Assembly: GCA_951406725.2 (NCBI GenBank)
Contig: OX597818.1
Coordinates: 130,324,001-130,388,000, forward strand
DNA: 64,000 nucleotides
Direction: 5' to 3'
From: Octopus vulgaris
Taxonomy: Eukaryota
The notes beneath the pieces are model-generated. The model ran no database searches, was not told where the DNA came from, and saw nothing but the letters and a program-made list of their open reading frames with translations. The translations under genes were made by a program, and so were the position numbers. Every line of letters begins with the position of its first letter. The stretch's first letter is position 1. Of this stretch, positions 41,086 to 55,880 are shown in pieces.

Positions 41086-41647
41086 CTAGCAGTATCGCCC
41101 GGCGTTGCTCGGGTTTGTAAGGGAAATAACTATATAAGCATTTTTAGAGAGTTATAGCAAAAAATAGCCAAAAAATGCATTAAAAATGGAAAAAAAATTA
41201 TGGTAAATTTTTTTTTTAATCGTTGACTCATCGTAGACATTTTCTGTTTTGGTGTCTTCAAGCCATGAAGTCGTTGTTCTAAAAGAACGCTGGTCTCCTT
41301 GACAACGCTTTACGACGTTGATTTCCTTACACTCCCTTCCCCACAGCTTCACGAGGGAGGAAAGAAGGGGGAGAAGCAAACAGGTGCAGGTGTGACCATG
41401 GACGCCAACTCCGCCGCCATCGACACACGAAAAATTATGCATTAAAATGGAATAAAAAATGATGTTAAATTATTTTTAAAATCGTAGACTCATCGTAGAT
41501 GTGCGCTAATAGCCAGACGGGCTCGATATGAATCACGACTATAAGATACCCGAATTTGGTTAAACTGCACCGCAAAATGTGGGAGTAGTTAGGAATCTAA
41601 ATCGAAGGGGACAGACACTCACACAACTACAGTTTTATATATATAGA
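41086..41647 (-). mobile_element. Non-autonomous Helitron
   Basis: Minus strand TCTATATATATAAAACTG...gcaacgccgggcgatactgCTAG, A|T target, internal ~60-bp duplication (41177 and 41439). Confidence 0.85.
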
Positions 41648-41676
41648 TATATATATTTATGCATATGCATATTATA

Positions 41677-41720
<44 letters not shown>

Positions 41721-41879
41721 ACACTGACACACACACACACACATATATATATATTATATACTTGCTAAATCGAAAACCTAAAATAGATCCATAGCTCCCA
41801 TCTCAGTTACGAGCTTGGAACCTTGATAATCTATTACAACACTCACACAGTGTACCAATTTACTTAGATCACCAGTGAA

Positions 41880-42186
41880 CACTCTTCCCCACCCTTCATA
41901 TTCACCAGATATTGTTCCTTCAGATTTACACTTATTCAGGTCTCTACGGAATAGTCTTAATGGTAAAAATTTCAATTCCTTGGATGACTTAAAAAGATAC
42001 CTTGATGAATTCTTTGCCATGAAACCACCTCAATTCTGGAAAGAGGGTATTTTCAAGTTAAAGGAAAGATGGAGATGCATTGTGCAACAAAATGGTTCAT
42101 ATTTGGTTGATTAAAAATGTAATGGCAAGTATTTATTGACCTTTTTCGTATTTTGAAAATCGGCACAAACTTTCCGGACAACCCAA
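41880..42186 (+). mobile_element. Mariner 3' fragment with right TIR
   Basis: LPHPSYSPDIVPSDLHLFRSL...GIFKLKERW...NGSY followed by ggcacaaactttccggacaacccaa and TA. Confidence 0.88.
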
Positions 42187-42199
42187 TATATATATATAT

Positions 42200-42510
42200 A
42201 GGGTGTAGAATACTAAACTGGAGCTGCACATGGGGCATTTGGGAAGTTAAGCAAACATATCTTCAACAACAAAGATCTTAACAACGAAAATTATGGGTTG
42301 GAAATCAACACTGAAAGCCACTGGAATTGAGCCTAAATCATCTGAAACAAGCCCAACACTCTCTTGGAATCAAAAACTTTGAGGCCACCAGAAGAAAAAA
42401 GGAAGAAATTGAATGAGAGGAGAGAAAGGCTCAACAAAATCAACATCGTCCTCCACCAACATCACCATGCAGTCAATGCCACTGACTCTTCTATGCAACG
42501 GTGTCACAAT
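42200..42510 (+). mobile_element. Degenerate RTE (BovB-like) ORF fragments
   Basis: Hand translation gives AHGAFGKLSKHIFNNKDL and LGIKNFEATRRKK...CSQC, typical of the RTE C-terminal region; internal deletion and stops. Confidence 0.5.
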
Positions 42511-42577
42511 TAAGGAAGCACTCAGCAAAGAAAAAAAGCAATTTCTTGGACATGAGATAAAGTTGTTAACACCAATG

Positions 42578-42633
<56 letters not shown>

Positions 42634-42959
42634 ATAGATAGATAGATAGATAGATAGATAATCCTTTAAGAATCCATAAGTCAGAAAATATATGTACTTG
42701 AATATTTGTTGAATGGATTTATTAATGAAAGTGTTCAGTATTATGTATCAATTACAACTGATCTTAACAATCAGCTTTGAACTGGGTATCAAACCAGATG
42801 TTAGATAACTGCATGGTTGTATAATATGGCATGCTCGTCAGAGCTAGCAGGTATAGAAAAAGGAGCAGTTGCTGTTTTTATTTTTCTTACTTCTGCTAGC
42901 TCTGATAAGCACATGGTACTCTCGAGAGAGAAGGAGAAAGAAGGACAGAGAGAGCGCAG

Positions 42960-43150
42960 ATGGGTTGTATGGCAATGATCTTCATGGAAACTTCTTAAAG
43001 CTTTCTTGCCAGTGACTGGTTGCCCTGAATGCTCATTATCTTGAACTGACACTTGATCTGTTTTCAAAGGTGTGTGCTGCTCAAAACCCAGTCTTCAACA
43101 TGACAAAATTGCTCACCAAAACGTATGATAAAAATTTCTGAATGTTGAAA
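42960..43150 (-). mobile_element. Mariner N-terminal (HTH) remnant
   Basis: KTDQVSVQDNEHSGQP resembles the mariner FKxGRxSVEDxxRSGRP motif. Confidence 0.5.
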
Positions 43151-43168
43151 ATCAAGATAACAAACATA

Positions 43169-43332
43169 GGCGCAGGAGTGGCTGTGTGGTAAGTAGCTTG
43201 CTAACCAACCACATGGTTCCGGGTTCAAACCACTGCATGGCATCTTGGGCAAGTGACTTCTGCTGTAGCCCAGGGCCGACCAATGCCTTGTGAGTGGATT
43301 TGGTAGATGGAAACTGAAAGAAGCCTGTCGTA

Positions 43333-43397
<65 letters not shown>

Positions 43398-43630
43398 ATA
43401 TATATATGCGTGTGTGTGTTTGTGTGTCTGTGTCCCCCTAGCATTGCTTGACAACCGATGCTGGTGTGTTTACGTCCCCGTCACTTAGCGGTTCGGCAAA
43501 AGAGATCGATAGAATAAGTACTGAGCTTACAAAGAATAAGTCCCGGGGTTGAGTTGCTCGACTAAAGGCGGTGTTCCAGCATGGCCGCAGTCAAATGACT
43601 GAAACAAGTAAAAGAGTAAAAGAGAGAGTA
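43169..43630 (+). mobile_element. SINE family A
   Basis: Full head ggcgcaggagtggctgtgtgg through gtaaaaga tail. Confidence 0.9.
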
Positions 43631-43829
43631 ACTCGCTGAGGTTCATGTTTCTTGAATTGGTCAGCAATCATTGAAATTTCAGAACCATTCTTACATAAGG
43701 CCAACAAGTTTTTGTTGGTCCTATCACAGCAAAATTTGAATTAAGAATATAAAGATGGTCAAAATACAGCTAAACATTTTGCCTCATGTGCTAATGATTC
43801 TGCCAACTTGCTGCCTTTAATAATAATAT

Positions 43830-44033
43830 TCTGGCCGTTTGCCAGCCTCGTCTGGCACCTGTGCAGGTGGCACGCAAAAAGCACCCACTACACTCGCGGA
43901 GTGGTTGGCGTTAGGAAGGGCATCCAGCTGTAGGAACACTGCCAGATCAGACTGGGCCTGGCACAGCCTTCTGGCTTTACAGACCCCAGCTGAACCGTCC
44001 AACCCATGCTAGCATGGAAAACGGACGTTAAAC

Positions 44034-44075
<42 letters not shown>
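43830..44075 (+). mobile_element. RTE-associated 3' end fragment with (GAT)n tail
   Basis: ggttggcgttaggaagggcatccagctgtag...ggacgttaaac(gat)n. Confidence 0.8.
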
Positions 44076-44076
<1 letters not shown>

Positions 44077-44566
44077 ACAAAGAGTTCATGGAAACTGAAC
44101 ACATGTAGATAAAATAAAGCTTATTAATAGACTGGCTCAGTTAACTGGCTACCAATGGAAGTTAGCAGGATAGAAATTTCTTTGCAACCATAAGATTCCA
44201 GGTTCATTCCCTCCACATTTCACTTTGAGCAAATGCTATTTTTCAGCAGCCTCAGGTCAATCCATGCATTGCGAGAGAAACTGGGTAGTTGAAATCTGTA
44301 TAAAAGCTCATGAAGTAGATTGTGCTTGTAATTCAAAAGGTACAGCCTTGTCACATGCTGTGTCTGGCTGGTTCTCTATGAGAGAATTATATTGAGGGTA
44401 TGTATTTGGAATGCTCAGTATATTATTCATTTTATCAAACAACTGAATCCTCTTCATTCAATGATGGAAATCCATCACTACATCAATGTGTGTGTTGTGT
44501 GTGCGTATATAAATATATATGTACATGCAAGCATTCAATATTCAGGTATAAATATGTGTTTGTGTA

Positions 44567-44697
<131 letters not shown>

Positions 44698-44872
44698 AGT
44701 AGTGCCCCAGCATGGCCACAGCCTTTGGGCTGAAATGCAAAAAAGGAACAAATGCATATATGTGTGTGTGTGTGCGTGTATATGCATGTATATGAATATG
44801 TGTATACGAATATATTTATATATATGTATATGATTATATATATTTATATGAATATATATATATATATACATA

Positions 44873-44908
<36 letters not shown>

Positions 44909-44940
44909 CACACACACATATATATATACCTATATATATA

Positions 44941-45079
<139 letters not shown>

Positions 45080-45295
45080 ACATATGTACACATGTATTTT
45101 TTCCAATCTTCAAAAACACATAGCCGTATAAACCGAAATATGTTAGCTTCTCATTGCAAACATATTCGAGCAATTGATGAAAACCATTAACAGTTATCTA
45201 CATGGAATGTTATGGATAATTCTTTCTTCAAGGCAAGAATTCATTCATGCACTCTAGAATCATATAACCATACAATTTTACGTACATACATACAC

Positions 45296-45334
<39 letters not shown>

Positions 45335-45348
45335 CATACATACACATA

Positions 45349-45400
<52 letters not shown>

Positions 45401-46003
45401 CATACACATAAACATATATATATATATATATATATATATGCATCTGTGTGTATCTTTGTCTATCTAGCTATATATTATACATGACAGCCAGTTTCATATT
45501 CCTACCACTCTCTGCTTTTTCCCTTTGTGTGCATAACATGCACAGAAGCAAACACACTTATAAATATGAAAGTTTATTTATATATATATTTATATATGTT
45601 TATTGATTTATATGTGAATGTTGTGTGTGTGTGTATATATGTGTGTATGTGATTGTGGGTTTGCATGTATTTATATGTATATGTAACTCTTCTGTTTCCT
45701 TCACTTCCTCTGTTTCTTCCTTTACACACACACACACACACATGCAGACATATACATACACATATATACATATGTACTTATTTACAAAGATACATACACA
45801 CAGACACACATACCACACATACACACGCATATATACATGTACACGTGTATGAAATCCTAACCTATCTCTATACTTATATTGTTGATATATTTATATTGTA
45901 GATAAAAATATAGAGATGTATAGATTGATATAGATATTATATGCATATACATACACACATACATACATACATACATGCATACATACATACATACATACAT
46001 ACA

Positions 46004-46039
<36 letters not shown>

Positions 46040-46120
46040 TGTGTGTGTGTGTAACTGTCAATTAATTTATATATATATATATATTTATGTCTATCCAACT
46101 ATTCATCCACCTCTGTGTGG

Positions 46121-46170
<50 letters not shown>

Positions 46171-46606
46171 AAGATATATCTTACATACACACATACATAC
46201 ATACATACATACATACATACATACATAAGTGTATATATATATATATATTATATATATTTGTGCATGTATACATATTTGTGTTTGCATGTATGTAGCAACA
46301 ATTCAAATAAGCAAAGCGTAGCTTTAAAGTACATCAAAAGAAATTAGTACTGTGTCTATCCTAATGAAAGTAAATAGAAATGGAAAGGAAAAGAGTGAGA
46401 GAGAGAGAGAGAGAGAGTGAGAGACGGGGGAGAGAGAGTGAGGGAGAGATGGAAGGAGGGAAAGAATAAAATGTAAAAACTTTATAAAATATAAAGAATG
46501 AAGGAAATAGAAAAAAAAACAAGATGAATAATAAATAAATAGACCAATAAATGTGACAAAAATTTAATATTATAAGAACTTTGTTCCTCTTCCCCCCTCA
46601 CCTCTT

Positions 46607-46638
<32 letters not shown>

Positions 46639-46979
46639 CTTTGCAAGTCAGTCTTTCCACCTGTCAAGGTGCCTTGAAGCTGTAAGACAATAATATACAG
46701 AAAGATTCAGGAGGATGAATTACTGCTGAGTAAGTCTTCGGATTTACTGGCATCCCGAGTGAAGCATGATGAAAGAGAAAGCGAAAGCGAAAGTAGAATG
46801 GAGGGTGTAAATAAAAGAAAAAGCTTAAAACTTCTTTATTATACTTATTTTGTGTACATATATCTATGTATAGATATATGTGTGTGTGATTGTACTGTGT
46901 GATGGGGTGTGTGGTTGGGACAGCGATCATCTCTGGAGATGAAGCAATCATCATATATGTATATATATACACGTATATG

Positions 46980-47118
<139 letters not shown>

Positions 47119-47333
47119 ATATGTACACACACACACTCACACATATATATTAATTTGCTCTATATTTGTCTTACATAGCTCAGTAGAATCTAGGCTGCAG
47201 AAACAAATATGTGAGTGGTTGTTATTTAGGGCCTGTGAATATGTTTGTTAAAGTGGTAAATATTTTGTATGCCCAACATCTTCCTATATGTAACTTATTC
47301 ATATATGCTTGCTTGTATTTGCATATACATGAC

Positions 47334-47488
<155 letters not shown>

Positions 47489-47509
47489 CATATATTCACA
47501 AATACACAT

Positions 47510-47540
<31 letters not shown>

Positions 47541-47701
47541 CATACACAAATATACATACATATATGTGTGTATATTTACTGTTTATATTCATATAATTCA
47601 TTAATATATACATGTATATATACATACAGGCTTATATACATATATTAATACATGCAAGCATAAACATGTATATATTCAAATATATGAATGTGTGATGTGT
47701 T

Positions 47702-47736
<35 letters not shown>

Positions 47737-47897
47737 ATATATATATCAATGCTCGAACTGAGGAGTAGATAGACAGCTGACAACTGATGAAGGGTCGTTC
47801 TTCGTGTTACTTGTCCTGATTTCTATATATTTCTCTCATTGTTTGTGTATTGAACTCATTTGCTTTCGTATTTCATGTTGTTTACTGTTTACTGTTG

Positions 47898-48245
47898 GTG
47901 TCATTTGACTGTGGCCATACTGGAGCACCACCTTTAGTTGAACAAATCGACCCCAGGACTTATTTGAAAGCTTATTACTTATTCTATTGGCCTCTTTTGC
48001 CAAACTGCTAAGTTACAGGGATGTAAACACACCAGCATTGGTTGTCAAGCGATGGTGGGTGGACAAACACACACACATAGACACACATATATGACGGGAT
48101 TCTTTCAGTTTCCATCTACCAAATCTACTCACAAGGCTTTGGTTGGCCCCAGGCTATAGTAGAAAACACATAAGGTGTCACACAGTGGAACTGAACCTGG
48201 AACCATGTGGTTGGTAAGCAATCTACTTACCACACAGCCACTCAT
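47898..48245 (-). mobile_element. SINE family A
   Basis: Reverse copy with internal deletion. Confidence 0.8.
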
Positions 48246-48246
48246 G

Positions 48247-48277
<31 letters not shown>

Positions 48278-48340
48278 GCATTATATATATGTAATTATAT
48301 ATATATGTATCATATATATACATGTTATATATGTAATTGT

Positions 48341-48660
48341 GAAGGTACATGGCTCAGTGGTTAGAGCGTCGGGCTCACAATCATCAGGTAGTGAGTTCAA
48401 TTCCCAGACTGGGCTGTATGTTGTGTTCTTGAGAAAGACACTTTATTTCATGTTGGTCCAGTTCACTCAGCTGCAGAAATGAGTTGTGATGTCACTGGTG
48501 TCTTTGTCTTCCCCTTGGATAACATCGGTGGTATGAAGAGGGGAGGCTGGTATGTATGGATGATTGCTGGTCTTCCCTAAACAATCTTACCCAAACTTGT
48601 GCCTCAGAGAAGAACTTTCTAATTGCAATCCCATGGACATTCATGACTGAAGGGGGTCTT
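48341..48660 (+). mobile_element. tRNA-derived SINE related to family C
   Basis: tggctcagtggttagagcg...gagttcaattccc A/B boxes; related reverse copy at about 31070-31266. Confidence 0.7.
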
Positions 48661-50014
48661 TACATTTTGCCTACAAATGTATTTATTAATTTATCTAAAT
48701 TTTCAATAAATGAAAAAAGGAAACTATGTCATGTATTAGTGTTTGCTAAGTTTATAGTGAGGCTTCTAAATTCTGGGTTTTGCTTTTAAGTTTGAAATTT
48801 TCTCTCTAAATCATTGACCAATTCAGCAATGAGAACTAGTCCATTAACATGCAAACATTTCTACGGACAACTGGTTCCAAAACTCCTGTTATATCCTGAG
48901 GAGCTACAATGCACAGGAGAGAAATGAGAACTGAGACCTGTTGTTCACTAACCTTCCTGCTGGATTCTTGCTGAAATTAACACTTAACTTACTAATGAAG
49001 CCTTTGTACATGTCCTGCATTACAACACTATTCTCTCAAGACACTCACCTAGCCTTAGCGTTCTTAGCAACTACCAGACCACAAATCACGGTACCTAGTC
49101 AAAGCCTTTTCTAGAACCACAAAATCTGGGCAGTGTAGATTTACTCTTAGATATTTAAAGGGAAAAATTTGACAAGACAGTCAGTCACCGGCTGACACTC
49201 GCTGACGATACATCGAAGAGGCCAGGGAACAGAAGTTAGAAGACATGCACCCAACACCAGAGCTGAAGACACCTCCGAAATGGGGGGGGCCGCCACATCA
49301 AAATGGTAGAGGAGTAGGGGCCCGAAACCGGACGTGGTTCCTCCTGATGATGTCTTGAGCTAACTGGATCCTATAAAGGAGCTGTTGTGGTAGCAAACCA
49401 CGAAACACGGTTGTAATTCCTCCTTACTTATGTAGTTATAGTACTATGAAGATAGCACTGGTGCCACTGTCTACCAGTATAGGTCTGATATACATTTCAC
49501 CTTGGTTAATTGTCTGCCCAGTTACTTTTGCTACAAACATTTTAAAAACTGGTCTGATCTGGTTAAAAAGAAGAAAAAAAAAACTTATCTCCTTATAGTT
49601 ATCTTTCTCTTCAGAACCTTTGCTTTTGTATCAGCAGATAATGAACTACTGGCCAGTCATCGTGTTTAATATTTTCATGTATTACCCAATTCACTATGGA
49701 AATGATTAGCATATGACCTACTTTGCCAGATATTTTCAGCAAACATACATACATACATACATACAAACATACATATATACATACATACATACATACAAAC
49801 ATACATACATACATACATACATACATACATACATACAAACATACATACATACATACATACATACATACATACATACATACAAACATACATACATACATAC
49901 ATACATACATACATACATACATACATACATACATACATACATACATACAGATAGACAGAGAGATATACATGCATACATATCTATGTACCTACATACATGT
50001 ACACACACACACAA

Positions 50015-50066
<52 letters not shown>

Positions 50067-50450
50067 TTTTGTACAACCCCAACATCCCTGAAGCTAGCTT
50101 TGTTGTAACTCCACCACTATCAACAATAACAATAACAAAAGCAACAATAATTCTTTAAAATAGATAATTACCCTTTGGTTGGTTTCTGGCTAAACAGTAG
50201 TTAAAAAAGAAAAAGACAGATATGTTACGGAATGGCACAAAGAAAAAAAAAAAAATTCTGTGTGTACATATGTGTGTATGTGGGAGAGTGAGTGTGGGTG
50301 TATATGTATGTCTATCTCTATGTTTGTAAGTATATGTATGCATGTATATAAGTAAAAATATCATCATCATCATCATCACTGTTTAACATCCACCTTCCAT
50401 GCTCACATGGGTACACATATACATGTTGTATATGTGTATGTATATACATT

Positions 50451-50502
<52 letters not shown>

Positions 50503-50718
50503 GACACACACACATACATATATACATATATATATATATGTATGTATATATACTCATATGTATAAGTGTATATATATATATGTATATATATATCTATATA
50601 TATATATGTATATATATAAATACATTTATATGTATATATTTATAAATACATATATATAAATATATATATATGTATTTATAAATATATACATATATGTATA
50701 TATAAATACATTTATATG

Positions 50719-50769
<51 letters not shown>

Positions 50770-51310
50770 GTTTTTATATACATATATATATATATATACA
50801 CATATATATATATACATATATATATGTATATATATATATATCTATGTACATACATATATGTGCATATATACATATAATATATAAATATATGTATATATAC
50901 ATACATATGCGCAAGTGTGTATACTTAGACACAAACACGTACATATATGCACACCTACACATACAAACCATATACATGCATACACACACACACACAGACA
51001 CACTACAAAACTAACAAAACTGTAAGGCAATTAGGATGAGTGGTAGGGGGTAGGGGGGACGCCTGTATGAATGCAATATAAGAAAAAAACATCATGTAGA
51101 TATTATTATTGGCCACTAAGATGACAACATGAAGAATATTGAATTAAAAAAACAGTAAAAGATACTGCCCGGAACTATTCCAGCTCAGAATATTTCATTA
51201 TAGAGAAATTATTGCTTTGATTATGGTTGTTGTTTGTGGTGTTATAGTTATCACTGTTGATTTTTATGCTACTTATTTACACTTTATTGATTTTCTTTTC
51301 AGTATGGGAT

Positions 51311-51337
51311 AATATTGTTATTATTATTAATATTATT

Positions 51338-51368
<31 letters not shown>

Positions 51369-51376
51369 ATATTATT

Positions 51377-51407
<31 letters not shown>

Positions 51408-51737
51408 ATATTATTATTAATATTATTATTATTATTAAAATTAGTACTATTATCGTTATTATTATTATTATTAATATTATTATTATTAATATTGATATTA
51501 TTATTATTATTATTATTAATATTATTATTATTATTATCATTATTATTATCATTATTATTATTATTATTAATATTATTATTATTAATATTATTATTATTAT
51601 TATCATTATTATTATCATTATTATTATTATTATTATTATTAATATTATTATTATTAATATTATTATTATTATTAATATTATTATTATTAATATTATTATT
51701 ATTATTATCATTGATATTATTATTATTATTATTATTA
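51311..51737. repeat. Long patterned (ATT)n / ATC / AAT microsatellite
   Basis: Directly visible; source of the poly-I and poly-L pseudo-ORFs. Confidence 0.95.
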
Positions 51738-52151
51738 CTTTTTTTTTTCTTCTTTCAAATTTGCTTCCATTTCTTGCCGAGTGTCTTCCCGACTCCTAGG
51801 GCAAAGAAGCTCATAGTATACATTGGTAGGCCATTAAACCAAACTCAATAGTTCGTTCATTTTTATTTTTTTATTTTTTTTAAGTTAAATTAAAATACAT
51901 GAGCAGCAACAGTTCTCACATCGACAATGCTCTTCTCAATACGTGTGATGTACCAGTTAAGACAATCTTTTGCACTTCTTGCAGGGATGGTAAGCCAGGG
52001 ATCATTCTCATATAATTTTCAGTTCCCTTCTTGATCATTCCTAGTGCTCCTACGATCACTGGTATTGTAACCGCCTTGAGATGCCACATTTTCTCAATTT
52101 CAATGAGTAGGTCTTTATATTTTCTGAGCTTGTCAAACTCTTTCGCTGAGA
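51738..52151 (-). mobile_element. R4/Dong-clade (RLE) LINE 3' end inserted in (TAA)n
   Basis: KLRKYKDLLIEIEKMW...IPVIVGALG...QKIVLTGTSHVLRRAL; (ATT)n tracts on both sides. Confidence 0.8.
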
Positions 52152-52203
<52 letters not shown>

Positions 52204-52234
52204 GTTATTATTATTATTATTATTATTATTCTTA

Positions 52235-52450
52235 AGGCGGCATGCTGGCAGAATCATTAGCATGCTGGGTGAAATGCTTAGTGGTATTTCATCAATCTTT
52301 ACATTCTGAGTTCAAATTCCGCTGAGGTTGACTTTGCCTTTCGTCCTTTTGGAGGTCGATAAATTAAGTACCAGTTGAGTACTGGGGGTTGATATAATCA
52401 ACTATACCCCTCCACTAAATTTCAGGCCTTGTGCCTTTAGTAGAAAGTAT
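52235..52450 (+). mobile_element. SINE family B
   Basis: Full head and core, within (ATT)n. Confidence 0.85.
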
Positions 52451-52641
52451 TATTATTATCATTTATCTTGAGATGCTGTCCTCCCATGTAAGGAGGACAA
52501 CATAACCCCCATCCCTTCCTTTTTTATTTTATTTTGCTTTATTTTTACTATTGTATACTGTGTATACTTTCCTTATCTATCTTGCAGTATACTGTGCATA
52601 CTTACTATACATTTACATATATGTGTGTGTGTATGTGTGTA

Positions 52642-52675
<34 letters not shown>

Positions 52676-52775
52676 AACACACACACATATTCTCTCATTT
52701 CATTGAATGTAATGACCCATACTTGGTCTTTGTATTGTCCCTTCATCCTTCGCACTGGTGGAAAATAAATGAAAA

Positions 52776-52819
<44 letters not shown>

Positions 52820-52954
52820 GTAACTTACCAGCCACATAGTTCTGGGTTCAGTCCCACTGTGTGGCACCTTGGGCAAGTGTCTTCTACTATAGCCTTGGGC
52901 CGACCAAAGCCTTGTGAGTGGATTTGGAAGACGGAAACTGAAAGAAGCCTGTCG

Positions 52955-52987
<33 letters not shown>

Positions 52988-53220
52988 ATATGTGTGTGAG
53001 TTTGTGTGTCTGTGTTTGTCCCCCCAACATCACCTGACAACCGATGCTGGTGTGTTTACGTCCCCGTAACTTAGCTGTTTGGCAAAAGAGACCAATAGAA
53101 CAAGTAGTAGGCTTACAAAGAATAAGTCCTGGGGTCGATTTTCTCAACTAAAGGTGATTCTCCAGCATGGCCACAGTCAAATGACTGAAACAAGTAAAAG
53201 AGTAAAAGAGAGTAAAAGAG
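52820..53220 (+). mobile_element. SINE family A, head-truncated
   Basis: Homology to 43169-43630. Confidence 0.85.
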
Positions 53221-54060
53221 ATTATCATTATTATTATTCAAAATAGTTTGATTTGACTCCATGTGGCGTAAAGTTTCACAGGCTTCTCACAGAATGCTAG
53301 CTCATTCAGGTTCAGATAACTGGTTATCTAAAGAAGCCTGCTACACATTAAGTTGCATGGAACTAGATCAAACTGTTTTAATTAATAGTATATGTAATTT
53401 CAACTAAATGTATGTAGTGGCTTTTTCTTTTGTTTTTCCATTCCCGTGTGTGAGTGTACATATATACAGTAATACCCCACATTATGAGGACCTGGTTTAC
53501 AAGACCCTGGGTTTAGAAGTTTTATTTTATAACGAATTTTTCAAGCACAAGATTCAAATTTTGAATGAAGTGCAAAAGTTTCTTCTACCATAACAAATAC
53601 TTCTGCATGTAATGGAGAAATTTATATAGTCTAAAAAGCTTCTTCTAAGCAAACATCTCTATGCTTGAATTTTAAAAAGAGATGTACAAGTCTGTCTATG
53701 AGTGCTTGTGAATTGGGATCAAGTCTACAAGTGATGGTGTGTGCGAGTATAGTGTGAATGAAAGTGATTCACAAAATGACTATAATAATAATATTTCTTA
53801 TTATAAATGATCTTGACATTCTTTTTACTTTACATAAAATATTCTTTACATTCTACTGTTTCTTTATTGCAATTTATTTACGAGTATTATAAATTTTATA
53901 GGTAAAATATTTTTCTGTGAATGAATTATGATTCATAATATTGCTACTATGGGAAATTATTGCTCTGCTTTATGACTTTTCACTTTACAGTTGGTCTTTG
54001 AGAGCAAATTAACTTGTATATCAAGGCATTATTGTATATATATAAATATATGTACATATA

Positions 54061-54457
54061 TAATTTACAATATAAGGGCAAAAGAAAAATTCTAATGCCA
54101 GATATGCCGTAAAAAAGACAGAAATTGTCAATTAACCATTATAATCTATGCGTCTCGAAAGAATTTTCTCTTCAGCGGCAAATACGCGAGATATAAGTGA
54201 GATACTCATACCCACGTTGCTTTTTCCGTGGGTATGAGTAAGTATTTCACTTACATCTCGCGTATTTGCCGCTGAAGAGGAGAAAATTCTTATGAATTAA
54301 CTCTGAAATTGGTCCAATACGGTGATAACGAATTTTTTAGAAATTTTTATCGGTTTGTTTCGAGACGCATAAATTATAATGGTTAATTGACAATTTCTGT
54401 CTTTTTTTCGGCATATTTGGCATTAGAATTTTTCTTTTGCCCTTATATTGTAAATTA
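54061..54457. mobile_element. Fold-back (inverted repeat) element carrying a hammerhead, probably Penelope pseudo-LTR derived
   Basis: 54061 onward (taatttacaatataagggcaaaagaaaaattctaatgcca) is the reverse complement of the segment ending 54457; centre near 54215-54227; TA-rich flanks. Confidence 0.7.
54268..54323 (+). ncRNA. Type I hammerhead ribozyme motif (Penelope-like)
   Basis: gccg-CTGAAGA-ggag..aattc ttat gaatt..ctct-GAAA-ttggtccaa-TA-cggt. Stem I gccg/cggt, stem II ggag/ctct plus aattc/gaatt, near-palindromic stem III attggtccaat; predicted cleavage after AUA at 54319. Confidence 0.75.
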
Positions 54458-54545
54458 TTTATAAATTTAACCTTTAAAGGTATTTTTTGATATGCTGGCC
54501 ATTGATGAAATTTTTTTCCTGAAAAAAATTTTATCCTACATTAAT

Positions 54546-54603
<58 letters not shown>

Positions 54604-55097
54604 CAATATATATATATATGTATATATACAATATATATATGTATATATACAATATATATGTATATATACAATATATATATGTGTATATAAATATATATAT
54701 ATAATTATACATGTATACACACATGTATATATATGTGTTTGTATGTGTGTGTGTATTTGTATGTGTGTGTATCTCAGTTACACTACAGGTTACAGTTAAC
54801 TGCATTGATTAATATTCAACATCTATGACTACTATTAGTTGTTACTCACACTGTAAATTCCTCCAATGGGTAACTCCCTGTTCACTTGTCTGGATGGTAA
54901 TATTATTTGGAGTGTATATTAGCAATAATTTTAATGATACAGAATATGGTGAATTGTTCATGCTCAAAATTTATTTCCTTTTGTTTAAGAAATTTCATAC
55001 TGCATATTTTTATGGTTAAAAATATGAAATTGTGAAATAAATGGAAATAAATTTGAGAATGAACAAGTCTCCATATTCTATGTAATTATAATTATTG

Positions 55098-55136
<39 letters not shown>

Positions 55137-55167
55137 AATATATATATGTGCATATATATATATATAT

Positions 55168-55211
<44 letters not shown>

Positions 55212-55213
<2 letters not shown>

Positions 55214-55880
55214 GGAAATATAATTCCAAACTTACAGGGAAAAATTCAATTTAGCAATTCTAATTCAAATTTCACAATATATCATAGATGTATATAATTA
55301 AGAGAAATAACCTCTATTAAGCAATTCAATAGTGAAAAACATTATCTATACTATATAGAAAAAATTTAAATATACTATAATAAATATTATTTAAAAAAAT
55401 CAATAAATAAAATAAACATTGAATTGATTATGTGTGTTTCGTGATTATATCATTAAATCGATAATAATAAAATCGATACTATTAAAATTAATTCGAGTTA
55501 AAATAATCATTAAAAAATCATAACTTATCTTATTGAAGAATACCAGTTAACTGGTATTCTTCAATAAGATATATTATTCATTAATATTGTTAAATTTTAT
55601 TTGATTATTGATTGTTACGATATGTATATTTCCATATTTATTTGTTAATTATTACATATATTTATTATATTATGTTAGACCTGAAGAGTGGCTATATTTT
55701 AAATTGAATTGATTTTAAATTGATTTAAAGATATAGTCACGAAAAGTGGCATAGTCAATTTAATGTTAATTGAATTTGTTGATTTTTAAAAATAATATTT
55801 ATTATAGTATATTCAAATTTTTTCTTTATAGTATAGATAATGTTTTTTACCATTGAATTGCTTAATTGAGTTTATTTCTC

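Noticed and set aside
46678-46735. Plus-strand exon candidate ending in gtaagt
   Set aside because: Stops in all three frames and no supporting neighbours; could be non-coding but unsupported.
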